Positions 1 through 10,819 of a stretch of DNA of 64,000 bases are shown in pieces. Under the pieces are notes generated by a model, which was not told the DNA's origin, did no database searches, and worked only from the letters and a program-made list of their open reading frames with translations. The stretch's first letter is position 1; each line of letters opens with the position of its first letter. The DNA is from a virus (lineage: Duplodnaviria; Caudoviricetes), in the IMG/VR virus record IMGVR_UViG_3300010429_001696, positions 1 to 64,000 of that record, one strand, 5' to 3'. A program made the position numbers and the translations under genes.

Positions 1-669
1 CTTTTTTCTAGCCAAGGATCGCTGCTCTATCCTCAACTTTTTCATAGCAGATTTAAAGAAATCTTGGTTCTTGAATTTCTTTCCATCTGAAGTTATTACA
101 AAATCTTTTATGCCTAAATCAATTCCAACACTAGTTTTTAATTTTATTTCCTTTTTATCAGATTTTTTTTTCAATAGTATCAACCAATATAGATACATAA
201 TATTTATTAGTTACTGATTTACTAATCGTTACCGTTTTTATATCACCTTTAAATTCTCTATGTAAATCTATATCAACTAATTTTAATTTGGGTATAAAGA
301 TTTGTTTTTTATTTTCACTCAAAAATACACCTTGAGGCAACTGAAATGATTGTTTAGCATATTTTGATTTAAATTTAGGAAAACCCGAACCTTTAAAGAA
401 ATTGGTGTAAGCATTATCTAAATTAGCCATACTCATTTGTAATGCTTGAGATGGACTTTCTTTTAACCAAGGAGCATCAGTATTTTTTAATTCAGTTATT
501 TGTTTATTTAAATCAAAACATTTGAGATGTTTTTTATTTCCAACATAAGCACTAATTTTTGTTTCTAAACCAAGATTATATACAAACCTAACTTGACCAA
601 AAAAATATGAGACATTATTTCTTTTTGTTGTTGATTTGGATATATTCTATATTTATATGATTTCAACAT
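1..669 (-). pseudogene. tnpB: IS200/IS605 TnpB (RNA-guided nuclease), frameshifted, runs off window start
   Basis: ATG at 669 gives MLKSYKYRIYPNQQQK; after a shift in the run at 599-605 it reads GQVRFVYNLGL...QALQMSMANLDNAYTNFFKGSGFPKFKSK; after a second shift near 163-171 it reads VGIDLGIKDFVITSDG (RuvC-I). Confidence 0.9.
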
Positions 670-827
670 CTTAAACTAAACTTTTATTCTGTTTAAAATA
701 TATATAATTAAAAAAATATCATTTTTTTCCATTTTTAAAATGGTTTGAAGTGATGTAAATTAGGTAGTGAACAAAAAATGGAAAAATTACAAACTAATAA
801 AAAAAGAAAAAATAAATAAGTGATATT

Positions 828-3800
828 ATGAAGAAATTATTGATGATATTAAGTCACTGTTCAACAGGTGGGATGCCTCAAGTTGCTTGTAAAAGAATTG
901 AATTAATAAAAAATGACATAGATGTCTATGTTGTTGAATATGATAACATATCCGATCATTTCATCATTCAAAAAAATAGAATAAAAAAACTTTTAAAATC
1001 AAATCATTTTTTCACTCTTGGTAAAGATAAATTTGAGCTTCTTGATATAATAGAAAAAATACAACCAGATTATATCCACATGGAGGAAATGCCAGAATTG
1101 TTCATGTCATATGATCTAGCCACTGAATTATATAAGAAAGATAGAAAATACAAAATTTTTGAGACAACACATTCATCTGATTTTAACACAGATGACAAGA
1201 CTTTTTATCCAGATAAATTTCTTTTTGTTTCGCAATATAACTGTTATAAATTTAATAAATTCGGCATACCAACAGAAGTAATTGAATATCCGGTTGAAAA
1301 GAATAAAGTTAGTCAAGAAGTCAAATTAGAAAAAATGCGAAAATTGGGGCTAGATCCTAAATTCAAACATGTAGTGAATGTTGGACTTTTTACTCCTAGA
1401 AAAAATCAGGCATACGCTTTTGAAATAGCCAGAAAACTTGTGGATCAGCCAATAAAATTTCATTTCATTGGAAATCAAGCTGATAATTTCAAAACTTACT
1501 GGGAGCCGTTGATGAAAAATAAACCCAACAATTGTGTTTTATGGGGTGAAAGAGATGATGTAGATGATTTTTTGGACGCTTGTGATTTGTTTTTATTTAC
1601 TTCTATGGGATTTCGTTGGAACAAAGAATTGAATCCACTTGTTATAAAGGAAGCTCTTCAACACCAAATACCACAATTTTTATTTCCTCTGGATGTTTAT
1701 AATAGAAAATATGATATTGAAGAAACTATTCATTATTTAAAGGGAGATCCTGATATAGATAATAGACTTATAAGAGATTTTCTTTTTGAAAGAAAAAATG
1801 TTCCTTGGAATAATAAAAATGTTAAATACAAAATCAGGGCTGTTCATCTTTTATTGGAAGAAGATGATAGAAAATCAGAATCTATAAAAAATATAGAAAA
1901 ATTAAAAGATTATGGCATAGATTATGTTCAACATATAAACAAAAGATATACACAAGATCCACCAAAAGAAAATTGTGCTCGTCCGCAAGATGTTGGTAGA
2001 ATTGGAGCTTATTCTTTACGAGGACCGCATTACGGAAACTACACATCATTTAAAAATGCCATATTATCAGAGTTCACGGATGATATTGATTTTTTGATGG
2101 TTTTCGAATCAGATTGTATATTAAATGTGCCTGTAGAAGAATTTGCTGAAAAAATATACAAAGCTTGCGATTATATTCTCAAAGAAAGAATATATTATAT
2201 GTCATTTGGTGATGATCGCAATCTTAGGACTGGCGAAACAGTGTCCTCTGTTGAAAGAAAAATAGATGATGTCGATTGGATGTATATAACAAATAAAATT
2301 ATTGGTATTCAATCAATTATGTTTCCAAAATTTGCCAGAAATTATATAAACAGAGCTTATAGTACAACTTTATGGGATGTGTCGGATTTGATGTTCAATG
2401 ATATGTTTAGCTCAAAAACAAAAGGTATCGCTCCAAGATTAACTACCCAGATAGAGGGAATATCTACTATACAAGGTGAAAAAATACAGCATTTTTTATT
2501 GAAAGACATTAATAATTTTGTGAATGATAAATCTCCAAATGATGTTGTTATAGAGTATAATAAAAATGATAATAGATTTCATTTGTGTCTAAGCGATTTT
2601 TATCAAAAAGATATTAATAACATAAGAGTTGTGGTCCATATGGATGAAAATAAAAATGTTTTTGATACAACAACTACCCTATCGCCTTGGGGTTCGATAT
2701 GGATAGAACTATATGAAACATCAAAACATAATGATTTTTACTTTGATATTTATTATATGGATAAATTTCTATTCACAAAACATATGAGACTTGATAATGT
2801 TAGAGAAAAAAAGAGCATAGATGATATTGAAAAAATGTTAAATGAAATTAGAGAAAAAGAAAATGAGAGAGAAGTGAAAGAAATCGATCCAGAATTATTT
2901 ATTGTTAGTTATGATAAGACAGATGATAAAATTTATTTATCATATAAAGGTGATGGAGAACCAGTTTTCAATATTAAAATTAAAAATATTAAAAGTGGGG
3001 ATGTTGTTTTTGATCAAAAAGAAACTCAATTTTCTAAAGAATTTAATAACTGGATAAAATTAGACAATAGAAATCCTTATGGTTATGAAATAATTTATAA
3101 TAATACGGATGATTTGTTCTTGTTCTCCAAAGATTTGATATTGATGAAAATAGAAGCGGTGGTGGAAGATAGAAAAGAGTATAAAGAAATTCATAGAGAA
3201 ATTCAACCTGTTGTAGAAAGAAAAATCTCATCATCAAATTTCATAGATGAAGATATTTACTTGGTTATGACTTATCCAGATACAAAGATTAAAGAGAATA
3301 TAACCAAACAATGTTTAAATAGTCTGAAAAACAATGGTAAAAAAATAATATTAGCATCTCATTATCCAGTTGATAAAGAATTACAGGCGATGGCAGATTA
3401 TTATTTATATGATTCTTATAATCCGTTGATCAATCACACATTGTATAATTATTATTGGTCAATGATACCCGAGGGGAAAGTAGAAATATATCTGGATAAA
3501 ATTGATCAAAAATATCAATTAAATCAATCTCTTACTGTTCTGAATAATATCAAAAACGCAACTACTTTTGCTTATAAAATGGGATATAAAAATCTTATTT
3601 CAATAAGTTATGATTTTATTTTCAGTGAAGCGGATTTAAGTAAAATTGATGACATTTGTGATAGACTAAGAAAATATGAAAAGAATGGTTATTTTATGAG
3701 ATTTAAAGAAGGTGATATGACTTTATTAAAAAGTGTCTTCTTTATAACAAATTTGGAATTTTTTGAAAAAACATTTTCTAATCCTCGAACACCTGAGGAA

Positions 3801-5267
3801 TATAATAAAGAATGCTCACAGCTTGGGGTGAACAATTTCTTGGAGAACTATTTCTATAAGAAGCTCATTGATTATGAAGACGATCTTCTTATAGCGGACA
3901 CAAATGAAGATGAATTATTTAAAAATTCAAAAATAAATTTATTTTCTGGAGTTGAATATTTGACTTTACTGCCCGTTAAAAACGACAAAAGAAGTTTCAT
4001 TGTTTGGTTTAATTCGTCCAACATAACAGACAATAGAAGAATAGAATTTGAATATAAGAATGGAGATTTTATTGAGAGATCAACTCATTATATAAAAGAT
4101 CGAACATATTATATGAAAAAAATAACATTAAATGATGGAGATAATTATTCTATAACTGCAAAATTTATTGATTCTGTTAATAATCAAATTATATCAGTAA
4201 AAAATTATAATGTCAATTTGAATAATATTAATGATTTAAACATATATGGTGTTTTTACAGACAATAAAATAAAATCATCCTCAATAGAAGATAATTTTAC
4301 AATAAAATTTGATCCCGAGACAAATAACATATATTTCAAATCCATTGAAGATTTTCAGGGGAAAATATCCGTGATGGATTCTTATTCAAAAACAGCTTTT
4401 CATTGGTCAAAAACAAATATGAACAAGAATATTGAATATTATATAAATCCAATACCAAAGGGGGCTTTTGATTTTGAAAAAGATCCATATATCAATGGAT
4501 TTGATATATCATTCTATGATATGGATGACAATTTCTTATTTAACAAAATAATACCAACAAAAAAAGAGCCCGTGAATGTCGACGCTGTTATTCCACTAGG
4601 AATCACACCTTTTGACTGTTTATATTTTTTATGGAGAGATTTCTTTATTAATAAAACTTATGATGATTTTTTAAACAAAATAGGACTAGGAATAGAAACT
4701 GTTGTTGATCTTGGTGCCAATCAGGGTTTATTTACATATCTGATGTTGTTAAGAGGGGCTGAAGATATATATGCTGTCGAGGCTGTGAAGTCTTGTTGTG
4801 ATAACATGGAAAAAATGTTTAAAGATAATGATAATGTTTTTATTATTAATAAAGCCATATCAGATGATAATTCTATGGTTGATATATTTGTTAATCGTGT
4901 GAATACAACAGTGAGTTGTAGAGATCTGGAAAAATGTAAAAAACATCTTCCAAATTCAATAGATGGATATGATAAAATTTCAGTAGAAGGAATAACAATA
5001 AACAATTTAATAAAAGAAAAAAACATAGATAGAATAGATTTGTTGAAAGTTGATATTGAAGGAGATGAATATATGATGTTTGATACCATAACATATCGAA
5101 ATCTAATGAAGATAGAAAATATGATAATAGAGTTCCATCACAATCAAAATAATGATCTGGATTTAATTTTAAATAGATTAAAAGAAAATGGTTTCCATTA
5201 TCAAATAGTCAAACTTGATGATAATAATGGAGGAACTTTATATGTTTCAAAAAATAATATTTTTTAA
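828..5267 (+). CDS. Multidomain glycosyltransferase (GT-B N-terminus) with C-terminal FkbM-type methyltransferase
   Basis: GGMPQ, VGLFTPRKNQ, GERDDVDDFLDACDLFLFTS..ELNPLVIKEA (GT4-like); C-terminal VVDLGANQG...LLKVDIEGDE...IEFH. Confidence 0.85.
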   Translation: MKKLLMILSHCSTGGMPQVACKRIELIKNDIDVYVVEYDNISDHFIIQKNRIKKLLKSNHFFTLGKDKFELLDIIEKIQPDYIHMEEMPELFMSYDLATELYKKDRKYKIFETTHSSDFNTDDKTFYPDKFLFVSQYNCYKFNKFGIPTEVIEYPVEKNKVSQEVKLEKMRKLGLDPKFKHVVNVGLFTPRKNQAYAFEIARKLVDQPIKFHFIGNQADNFKTYWEPLMKNKPNNCVLWGERDDVDDFLDACDLFLFTSMGFRWNKELNPLVIKEALQHQIPQFLFPLDVYNRKYDIEETIHYLKGDPDIDNRLIRDFLFERKNVPWNNKNVKYKIRAVHLLLEEDDRKSESIKNIEKLKDYGIDYVQHINKRYTQDPPKENCARPQDVGRIGAYSLRGPHYGNYTSFKNAILSEFTDDIDFLMVFESDCILNVPVEEFAEKIYKACDYILKERIYYMSFGDDRNLRTGETVSSVERKIDDVDWMYITNKIIGIQSIMFPKFARNYINRAYSTTLWDVSDLMFNDMFSSKTKGIAPRLTTQIEGISTIQGEKIQHFLLKDINNFVNDKSPNDVVIEYNKNDNRFHLCLSDFYQKDINNIRVVVHMDENKNVFDTTTTLSPWGSIWIELYETSKHNDFYFDIYYMDKFLFTKHMRLDNVREKKSIDDIEKMLNEIREKENEREVKEIDPELFIVSYDKTDDKIYLSYKGDGEPVFNIKIKNIKSGDVVFDQKETQFSKEFNNWIKLDNRNPYGYEIIYNNTDDLFLFSKDLILMKIEAVVEDRKEYKEIHREIQPVVERKISSSNFIDEDIYLVMTYPDTKIKENITKQCLNSLKNNGKKIILASHYPVDKELQAMADYYLYDSYNPLINHTLYNYYWSMIPEGKVEIYLDKIDQKYQLNQSLTVLNNIKNATTFAYKMGYKNLISISYDFIFSEADLSKIDDICDRLRKYEKNGYFMRFKEGDMTLLKSVFFITNLEFFEKTFSNPRTPEEYNKECSQLGVNNFLENYFYKKLIDYEDDLLIADTNEDELFKNSKINLFSGVEYLTLLPVKNDKRSFIVWFNSSNITDNRRIEFEYKNGDFIERSTHYIKDRTYYMKKITLNDGDNYSITAKFIDSVNNQIISVKNYNVNLNNINDLNIYGVFTDNKIKSSSIEDNFTIKFDPETNNIYFKSIEDFQGKISVMDSYSKTAFHWSKTNMNKNIEYYINPIPKGAFDFEKDPYINGFDISFYDMDDNFLFNKIIPTKKEPVNVDAVIPLGITPFDCLYFLWRDFFINKTYDDFLNKIGLGIETVVDLGANQGLFTYLMLLRGAEDIYAVEAVKSCCDNMEKMFKDNDNVFIINKAISDDNSMVDIFVNRVNTTVSCRDLEKCKKHLPNSIDGYDKISVEGITINNLIKEKNIDRIDLLKVDIEGDEYMMFDTITYRNLMKIENMIIEFHHNQNNDLDLILNRLKENGFHYQIVKLDDNNGGTLYVSKNNIF

Positions 5268-5297
5268 AAGATTTGAATAAAAAAATAATAACATTAA

Positions 5298-7445
5298 ATG
5301 AAAATAGCACAGATAAATTTAGGATTAATTGAAATACCACCAAAAAGCTGGGGAGCTATCGAAAAGGTTATATGGAACTATAAACTTGAATTAGAGAAGC
5401 TTGGAAATCAAGTAGATATAGTTTATCCTTGGGAATTATATGATGGAGATAAATTAAAATATGATATTGTTCATTTTCATGCTGCCAATCAAGCGATAGA
5501 TACTTGGCGAGATTCAGGTCTCCCGTATGTGTTTTCGACACACGATCACCATGTGGTTAGATATGGCAAGTCATCTTCATTATATTCTAAGAATTTTTTA
5601 GCTATGAAGCAATCTGTGGCTTCAATAACTTATGCTGAGTTTTTGGTGGATTATTTTGATAAAACGGACAAACTTTATTATATACCACATGGAGTTGATA
5701 ATAAGATATATAGAGATAAAGGAATAAGAAATTCATCAAAACACAAACTTTTATGTGTTGCAAATAATGGTTATGCTGATGATCCAAAAAGTGATAGAAA
5801 AGGATTTAGATATGCCATTGAGGCCGCTAGAATGTTGAACATGGATATAACAATAGTTGGACCCGAGAACAACATGAATTTTTTCAGAGCCAATGATGAT
5901 CTATTGTCTTATGATAAATTAAAAATGATAAAAGATCCAAATGAAGAAGAGCTTGTGAATATTTATAACGAGCATACTATATTTTTGCATCTTTCTGAAT
6001 TAGAAGCGGGTCACCCAAATCTTACTTTACTCGAAGCGATGGCTTGCGGACTGCCTATAATTGGAACTTATAACGGTAAACGTCCTCTAATGGGCCTCGT
6101 TAAATGTAGTAGAAACTCAAAGGAAGTTAAAATGAAAATAGAAGAAGTTATTCAAAATTGGGATGAATATCATCAACTAGCCTTAGAAACTGGAAAGAAA
6201 TATGATTGGTCGAATGTAGTTAAAGAATTAAATGATTTTTATACATTTACTGTTTCTGTTAATAATACATATAGTAATGAAGATGTTAGACAAAGAGTTG
6301 TAAAAGCTTATGAAAATTCTACTCAAACTATAAGGGACTCAGTTGTGCCAAAAACAAAATTTAATATAAATTTTAATGATGGAGCATTTATCGAAATGTT
6401 GTCTCCTATAGATAAAAAAATAAAAGTGGATTTCATCGATAAAGACACAAATAATGTTGTTTATAACCTGAATATGGGATCGAACACTTGGGCAAAAACC
6501 AACACAAAATATTATAAAAATTGGCGAGTAAAAGTAAGTGGTGATGAAGAATTTACATATGAGATGGAATTAAAAGGTAGCAATGTTCTCATCGATTTTC
6601 AAAGCAGCTCGATAGGGGATACTTTGGCTTGGATACCTTATGCTGAGGAATTTAGAAAAAAACACGAGTGTGTTGTTTATTGCTCTATACATAACAATTT
6701 AGAAAAACTTTTTGAAAACGAATACAAAGATATTATATTCATAAAACCTGGCACTCAAATTGATTATTTATATGCGACATATAAACTAGGATGGTTTTCG
6801 CCACCTTGGGGTGGAAGCCGTGATGTTCATCCAAACGATTATAGAACAATGCCGCTACAAAAAACAGCATCTGATATACTTGGGCTAGATTATAAAGAAA
6901 TAGTGCCAAAAATAACAATACCAAAACAAGGAAGACCCATAGGTAGAAAATATGTTGTCATAGCCGAATATTCAACAGCCAATGCCAAACATTGGTTATA
7001 TCCAGGTGGATGGCAAAAAATAGTCAATTGGTTGAAAGAGAACGGATTAGAGGTTATGGTTATAAGCAAACAAGATACTAATTTAAAAGGAGTTATAAAA
7101 GAAACAGGCGACATGCCTTTAGAAAAAAGAATAAATCAAATAAATCATTCAGAATTTATGATAACTATCGGAAGTGGGCTGGCTTGGATAGCATGGGCTG
7201 TTGGCAAAAAAGTTGTTATGATCTCTGGCTTCAGTAAGCCGTTCTGCGAATTTAAATCAAATTGCATTAGAATAATAAACGAAAATGTTTGTAATGGATG
7301 TTTCAATGATGAAAGATATGAATTTGATAGAGGGGATTGGAATTGGTGTCCAGCACATAAAGACACTTCAAGAATGTTTGAATGCACGAAAACCATAACG
7401 CCAGAATTTGTCATGGAAGAAATAAAAAAGAATAATTTGTTGTAA
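5298..7445 (+). CDS. GT4 glycosyltransferase fused to TibC/Aah-like autotransporter heptosyltransferase domain
   Basis: WGAIEK and EAGHPNLTLLEAMACGLP; C-terminal SSIGDTLAWIPYAEEF, GSGLAWIAWAVGKKVVMISGFS and Cys cluster CNGC...WCPAH...FECTKTI. Confidence 0.85.
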   Translation: MKIAQINLGLIEIPPKSWGAIEKVIWNYKLELEKLGNQVDIVYPWELYDGDKLKYDIVHFHAANQAIDTWRDSGLPYVFSTHDHHVVRYGKSSSLYSKNFLAMKQSVASITYAEFLVDYFDKTDKLYYIPHGVDNKIYRDKGIRNSSKHKLLCVANNGYADDPKSDRKGFRYAIEAARMLNMDITIVGPENNMNFFRANDDLLSYDKLKMIKDPNEEELVNIYNEHTIFLHLSELEAGHPNLTLLEAMACGLPIIGTYNGKRPLMGLVKCSRNSKEVKMKIEEVIQNWDEYHQLALETGKKYDWSNVVKELNDFYTFTVSVNNTYSNEDVRQRVVKAYENSTQTIRDSVVPKTKFNINFNDGAFIEMLSPIDKKIKVDFIDKDTNNVVYNLNMGSNTWAKTNTKYYKNWRVKVSGDEEFTYEMELKGSNVLIDFQSSSIGDTLAWIPYAEEFRKKHECVVYCSIHNNLEKLFENEYKDIIFIKPGTQIDYLYATYKLGWFSPPWGGSRDVHPNDYRTMPLQKTASDILGLDYKEIVPKITIPKQGRPIGRKYVVIAEYSTANAKHWLYPGGWQKIVNWLKENGLEVMVISKQDTNLKGVIKETGDMPLEKRINQINHSEFMITIGSGLAWIAWAVGKKVVMISGFSKPFCEFKSNCIRIINENVCNGCFNDERYEFDRGDWNWCPAHKDTSRMFECTKTITPEFVMEEIKKNNLL

Positions 7446-7465
7446 AAGAATAAGGACTATCTACA

Positions 7466-7503
7466 TGAAAAACCAGAAAATATTAATATTTTCTGGTTTT
7501 TCA
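7466..7503. terminator. Perfect 38-bp palindrome, likely intrinsic terminator
   Basis: tgaaaaaccagaaaatattaatattttctggtttttca directly after the GT operon. Confidence 0.65.
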
Positions 7504-7538
7504 GTTTTTATATATAACATAAAAAATATTTTTTCAAT

Positions 7539-8693
7539 ATGAAACATGTGAAATCGTATGATGAGTTAAATGAGTCTATATTTGGAGATTTAGGGAGACT
7601 TGATCCAAAAAGATATGACAATGATAAAAAGTTTTTAAAACTCTATAAAGAAATTATTGATGATTTCAATAAATATGATCAAGATTTAAGAAAAGTGGCT
7701 ATAATAAATAATAAGGGCAAATCAATAACATCTAGTGAAATAAATGTTGGAGACCGCGCGACATTAACTTATGTTTTTGGCAAATTTCATCCGGTTTATA
7801 ATAATATACATACAGGAAATAGTAGAGCTGGAAAAAGAAAAATAAAAATAAGTTATATACCATTTTCAATAACTCTTAGGAAAAACGAACTTGAAAAGAT
7901 GTTTAAAACTAGTAGGATAAATTTAAAAAAAGTTAGAGTAAAAGAAGAAAAAACAATAGATAATCTTGAATATAATCCAAATATTTCTAAAAATTATGGC
8001 ATTTTTGAGGAGCCAACTGAATCCGATAGAAAAAAAATGGCCATGTATCACGAAATAGAGGACGAATATAGAGTGTCGGCCGACGTAGCTGGAAAATTAT
8101 TAAAAGCTTTTGTGGATGAATATCATCGTCAATATCCTAGTATAAAAGGTAAGTATATGAATAGTATGGAAATTTCAGATGCCAAAGCAGGCATAAAACC
8201 AGTTTTAAAATACATAGATGTGATAAATAAGGATGGTGAAGAGCTAATACTTGATATAAGAGAAGGAGATGATGAAAAGGAGATCAGAGATATGTTAAAG
8301 AATATGACAAAAAAAGAATACGATGCCTATTGTGAAAAAAAGAAAAAAGAGACATACGGGGAAAAATGGAAGAAAGACGAAGAATTGAAAAAGGCTGGAA
8401 TTGAAAAATGGAAAAACAAGTTTATTAATTTGTTTAAAAAATATAATATTGAAACTTGCCCCTATGGTGGAGGGGATAAAAGTTTTGATAATTTTGATCT
8501 TAGATATTATGGATATGAAATTCAAGTGGCTTTTTATGTGAATAAAGACATAAGTGAAAATGATTTAGATGAAAGAATAAAAAAATTATCAAAAGAAGAT
8601 TTTGAAAACTATAATTTTAAATATAGATTAGATCAAGATTACTCTACCAAAAAAACATGGTATGTCCATATTGTTTTAGAAGAAAATGATTAA
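7539..8693 (+). CDS. Hypothetical protein with capsid-targeting-like leader
   Basis: MKHVKSYDELNE N-terminus; TTATATATA motif upstream. Confidence 0.7.
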   Translation: MKHVKSYDELNESIFGDLGRLDPKRYDNDKKFLKLYKEIIDDFNKYDQDLRKVAIINNKGKSITSSEINVGDRATLTYVFGKFHPVYNNIHTGNSRAGKRKIKISYIPFSITLRKNELEKMFKTSRINLKKVRVKEEKTIDNLEYNPNISKNYGIFEEPTESDRKKMAMYHEIEDEYRVSADVAGKLLKAFVDEYHRQYPSIKGKYMNSMEISDAKAGIKPVLKYIDVINKDGEELILDIREGDDEKEIRDMLKNMTKKEYDAYCEKKKKETYGEKWKKDEELKKAGIEKWKNKFINLFKKYNIETCPYGGGDKSFDNFDLRYYGYEIQVAFYVNKDISENDLDERIKKLSKEDFENYNFKYRLDQDYSTKKTWYVHIVLEEND

Positions 8694-9294
8694 AGATTTT
8701 GAAAAATATAACTTTATAGATTTCGTCAAAAGTTTAAATATAAATTTAGATGATTTCAATTTATCGGATGAGAATTTCGATCATAAATCCATGATACATG
8801 GTGTAAATCATGTTTATAGAGTTATGTTTAATTGTTTTTTGATAGGAAGTAAAATGGGGGATATAAGAAATACAAGAAATGCTTTTTTCGCAGCTTTCTT
8901 ACATGATTTGGCAAGAAAAACAGATGCTGCTTGCAAAATACATGGAAGAGAGTCAGCCAAAACAAAACTACCTTTATATCTAGATGTTCTTTACAGAAAT
9001 GGGGCGGATGAAAAAGATATAAAATCAATAAAGACCGCCATAGAAAACCATAGCGATGCTTATGAATTAGAAAAAGAAAATCCATATTACAAGACAACAT
9101 CAATATTGAGAGATGCCGATGGAATGGATCTTGTTAGACTGGATAGAACAATAAATCCTAATATTTTAAGGAATAGAGAAAGCGCTGGCTTGATAGATAA
9201 GACAACAAAATTATATAACCATACAGTTTTCAAAAAATATGATAAATTTTACGATTTTTTAGATGATGGAATAAATATAGTTTTTAAAAAATAA
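8686..9294 (+). CDS. HD-domain phosphohydrolase
   Basis: HGVNHVYRV...FLHDLAR...HGRESA...NHS...LRDADGMDLVR. Confidence 0.85.
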   Translation: MIKDFEKYNFIDFVKSLNINLDDFNLSDENFDHKSMIHGVNHVYRVMFNCFLIGSKMGDIRNTRNAFFAAFLHDLARKTDAACKIHGRESAKTKLPLYLDVLYRNGADEKDIKSIKTAIENHSDAYELEKENPYYKTTSILRDADGMDLVRLDRTINPNILRNRESAGLIDKTTKLYNHTVFKKYDKFYDFLDDGINIVFKK

Positions 9295-9352
9295 TAATAA
9301 TGATAATATATTGATATTGAAATATTTTAATTTTTATTTCTATCAACTCTAT

Positions 9353-10102
9353 TTATTTCGAATCCAAAGGTCTTAAATTTGAAAAGTGATTCAATTTTAA
9401 AAGAATTTCTTCTGTCGTTGCGGTTTTCAATTCAATTATATGGTCTATATCCCATCCATATTTATAATCACCATTATATTTCCCATAATTTTCCCAATTC
9501 ATCCATGGCTCGAATTGTTTTTCTATGTGTTCTTTTAATGTCAAAAACGAGCAACCAATTATTTCTTCTATTTTATTCGTTTTTTTATATCTTCCTCTTC
9601 TTATGGATTTATTTATCATTGGGCAGATAATACATTTTAATCTGAACAAGCTGTCTGATTCTTTTCTATTTTTAGTATAGATCTTTCTTTTCTCGTTCAA
9701 TAATTCTCTGTTTTCAATATAATATTTCTTATTATATTCTTTTATTTTTTCTGAATTTTTGTTGCTTAATATTTTTTCCTTGTTGGTTTGATAATATTTC
9801 TTTTTTTGTTCATTTATAACATCTTTGTTCTCTTGTCTATATTTCATATTTTTCTCAAGAATATTTTCTCTGTTTTTTTGAAAATAAATTTTTTGAGAAT
9901 TCAATAGGGAGTCTTTGTTTTCAAGGTAATACTTTTTATTATATTCATTTTGTTTTTCTTTATTGTCTATTCTATACTTTTTTTTATAATTTTGTATTTT
10001 TTCGATATTTTTTTCTTGATATTTCTTATTGCGTTCTTTTATTTTCTCTTTATCTTTGAGATATCTTCTTCTTTCATATATTTTTGAAATTTCCTTATCC
10101 AA
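9353..10102 (-). CDS. HNH endonuclease-like protein with Lys/Glu/Tyr-rich helical repeats
   Basis: EKQFEPWMNWENYGK...WDIDHI...LNHFSNLRPL; N-terminal KKYYxENK repeats. Confidence 0.75.
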   Translation of the reverse strand: MDKEISKIYERRRYLKDKEKIKERNKKYQEKNIEKIQNYKKKYRIDNKEKQNEYNKKYYLENKDSLLNSQKIYFQKNRENILEKNMKYRQENKDVINEQKKKYYQTNKEKILSNKNSEKIKEYNKKYYIENRELLNEKRKIYTKNRKESDSLFRLKCIICPMINKSIRRGRYKKTNKIEEIIGCSFLTLKEHIEKQFEPWMNWENYGKYNGDYKYGWDIDHIIELKTATTEEILLKLNHFSNLRPLDSK

Positions 10103-10103
10103 T

Positions 10104-10490
10104 TTATCTCAATAATTTTATTAAATCTTCAACCAATATGGTTATTAATTTCTTGCCATTGATCTCTACATTGGGGATGTTTTTAATTATCGAAAATGCG
10201 GAACTACCATCTATTTCAAGATTTTCGATATGTTCTTTTAATAATTCATTATGAGAATAATAAACTTTCAATTCATCAAGAAACATTTTTAGATCAAATC
10301 CTTTTCTATTGTTATATTTTATCATTTGAAGTTCGTTATCTTGCTTCTCAATCAAAATATACCACAATTTTTGTTTTGATACTTTTATACGTTCCAAGAA
10401 ATTATAAGCCGATGCCGCTTTCGTGTTCTTCGGCATTTTAGCCACATGTCCGTGCAAATGTATCAAATCATCTTTTTCGTTATCTACCAT
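10104..10490 (-). CDS. Hypothetical protein (paralog of C-terminal part of 32114..32827)
   Basis: KLWYILIEKQ..KGF..IDGSSAFSIIKNIP aligns with KIWYCMTEKQ..KGF..IKGNDNFAILSNVP. Confidence 0.7.
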   Translation of the reverse strand: MVDNEKDDLIHLHGHVAKMPKNTKAASAYNFLERIKVSKQKLWYILIEKQDNELQMIKYNNRKGFDLKMFLDELKVYYSHNELLKEHIENLEIDGSSAFSIIKNIPNVEINGKKLITILVEDLIKLLR

Positions 10491-10585
10491 ATCTTGAAAT
10501 GAATTTTAAATTATATATAAAGAAAAAAAGGGCTAAAAAGGCGATTTTTCAAATTAATATATAATAAAAAAATAAAATAAGAAAT

Positions 10586-10819
10586 ATGAAAAATTTAAAA
10601 CTATACGAGCAATTTGAAATCGGTGATGATGACGTTAGTGATGATCAAATTTTAAAGAAGATGGAGCAAAATAAAGAGATAGATAAATTGGCTGAACAAG
10701 AATTCCGATCATTAAAAGATTTGCTTGCGAAAGAATCAAAAAGAGATGCTGATATAGCCGAATTGTGGTTCGGAATAGGATTTAGAAGAGGTTATAAAAA
10801 AAATAAAATAAAAAATTGA
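10586..10819 (+). CDS. Small protein with capsid-targeting-like leader
   Basis: MKNLKLYEQF; TTAATATATA upstream. Confidence 0.7.
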   Translation: MKNLKLYEQFEIGDDDVSDDQILKKMEQNKEIDKLAEQEFRSLKDLLAKESKRDADIAELWFGIGFRRGYKKNKIKN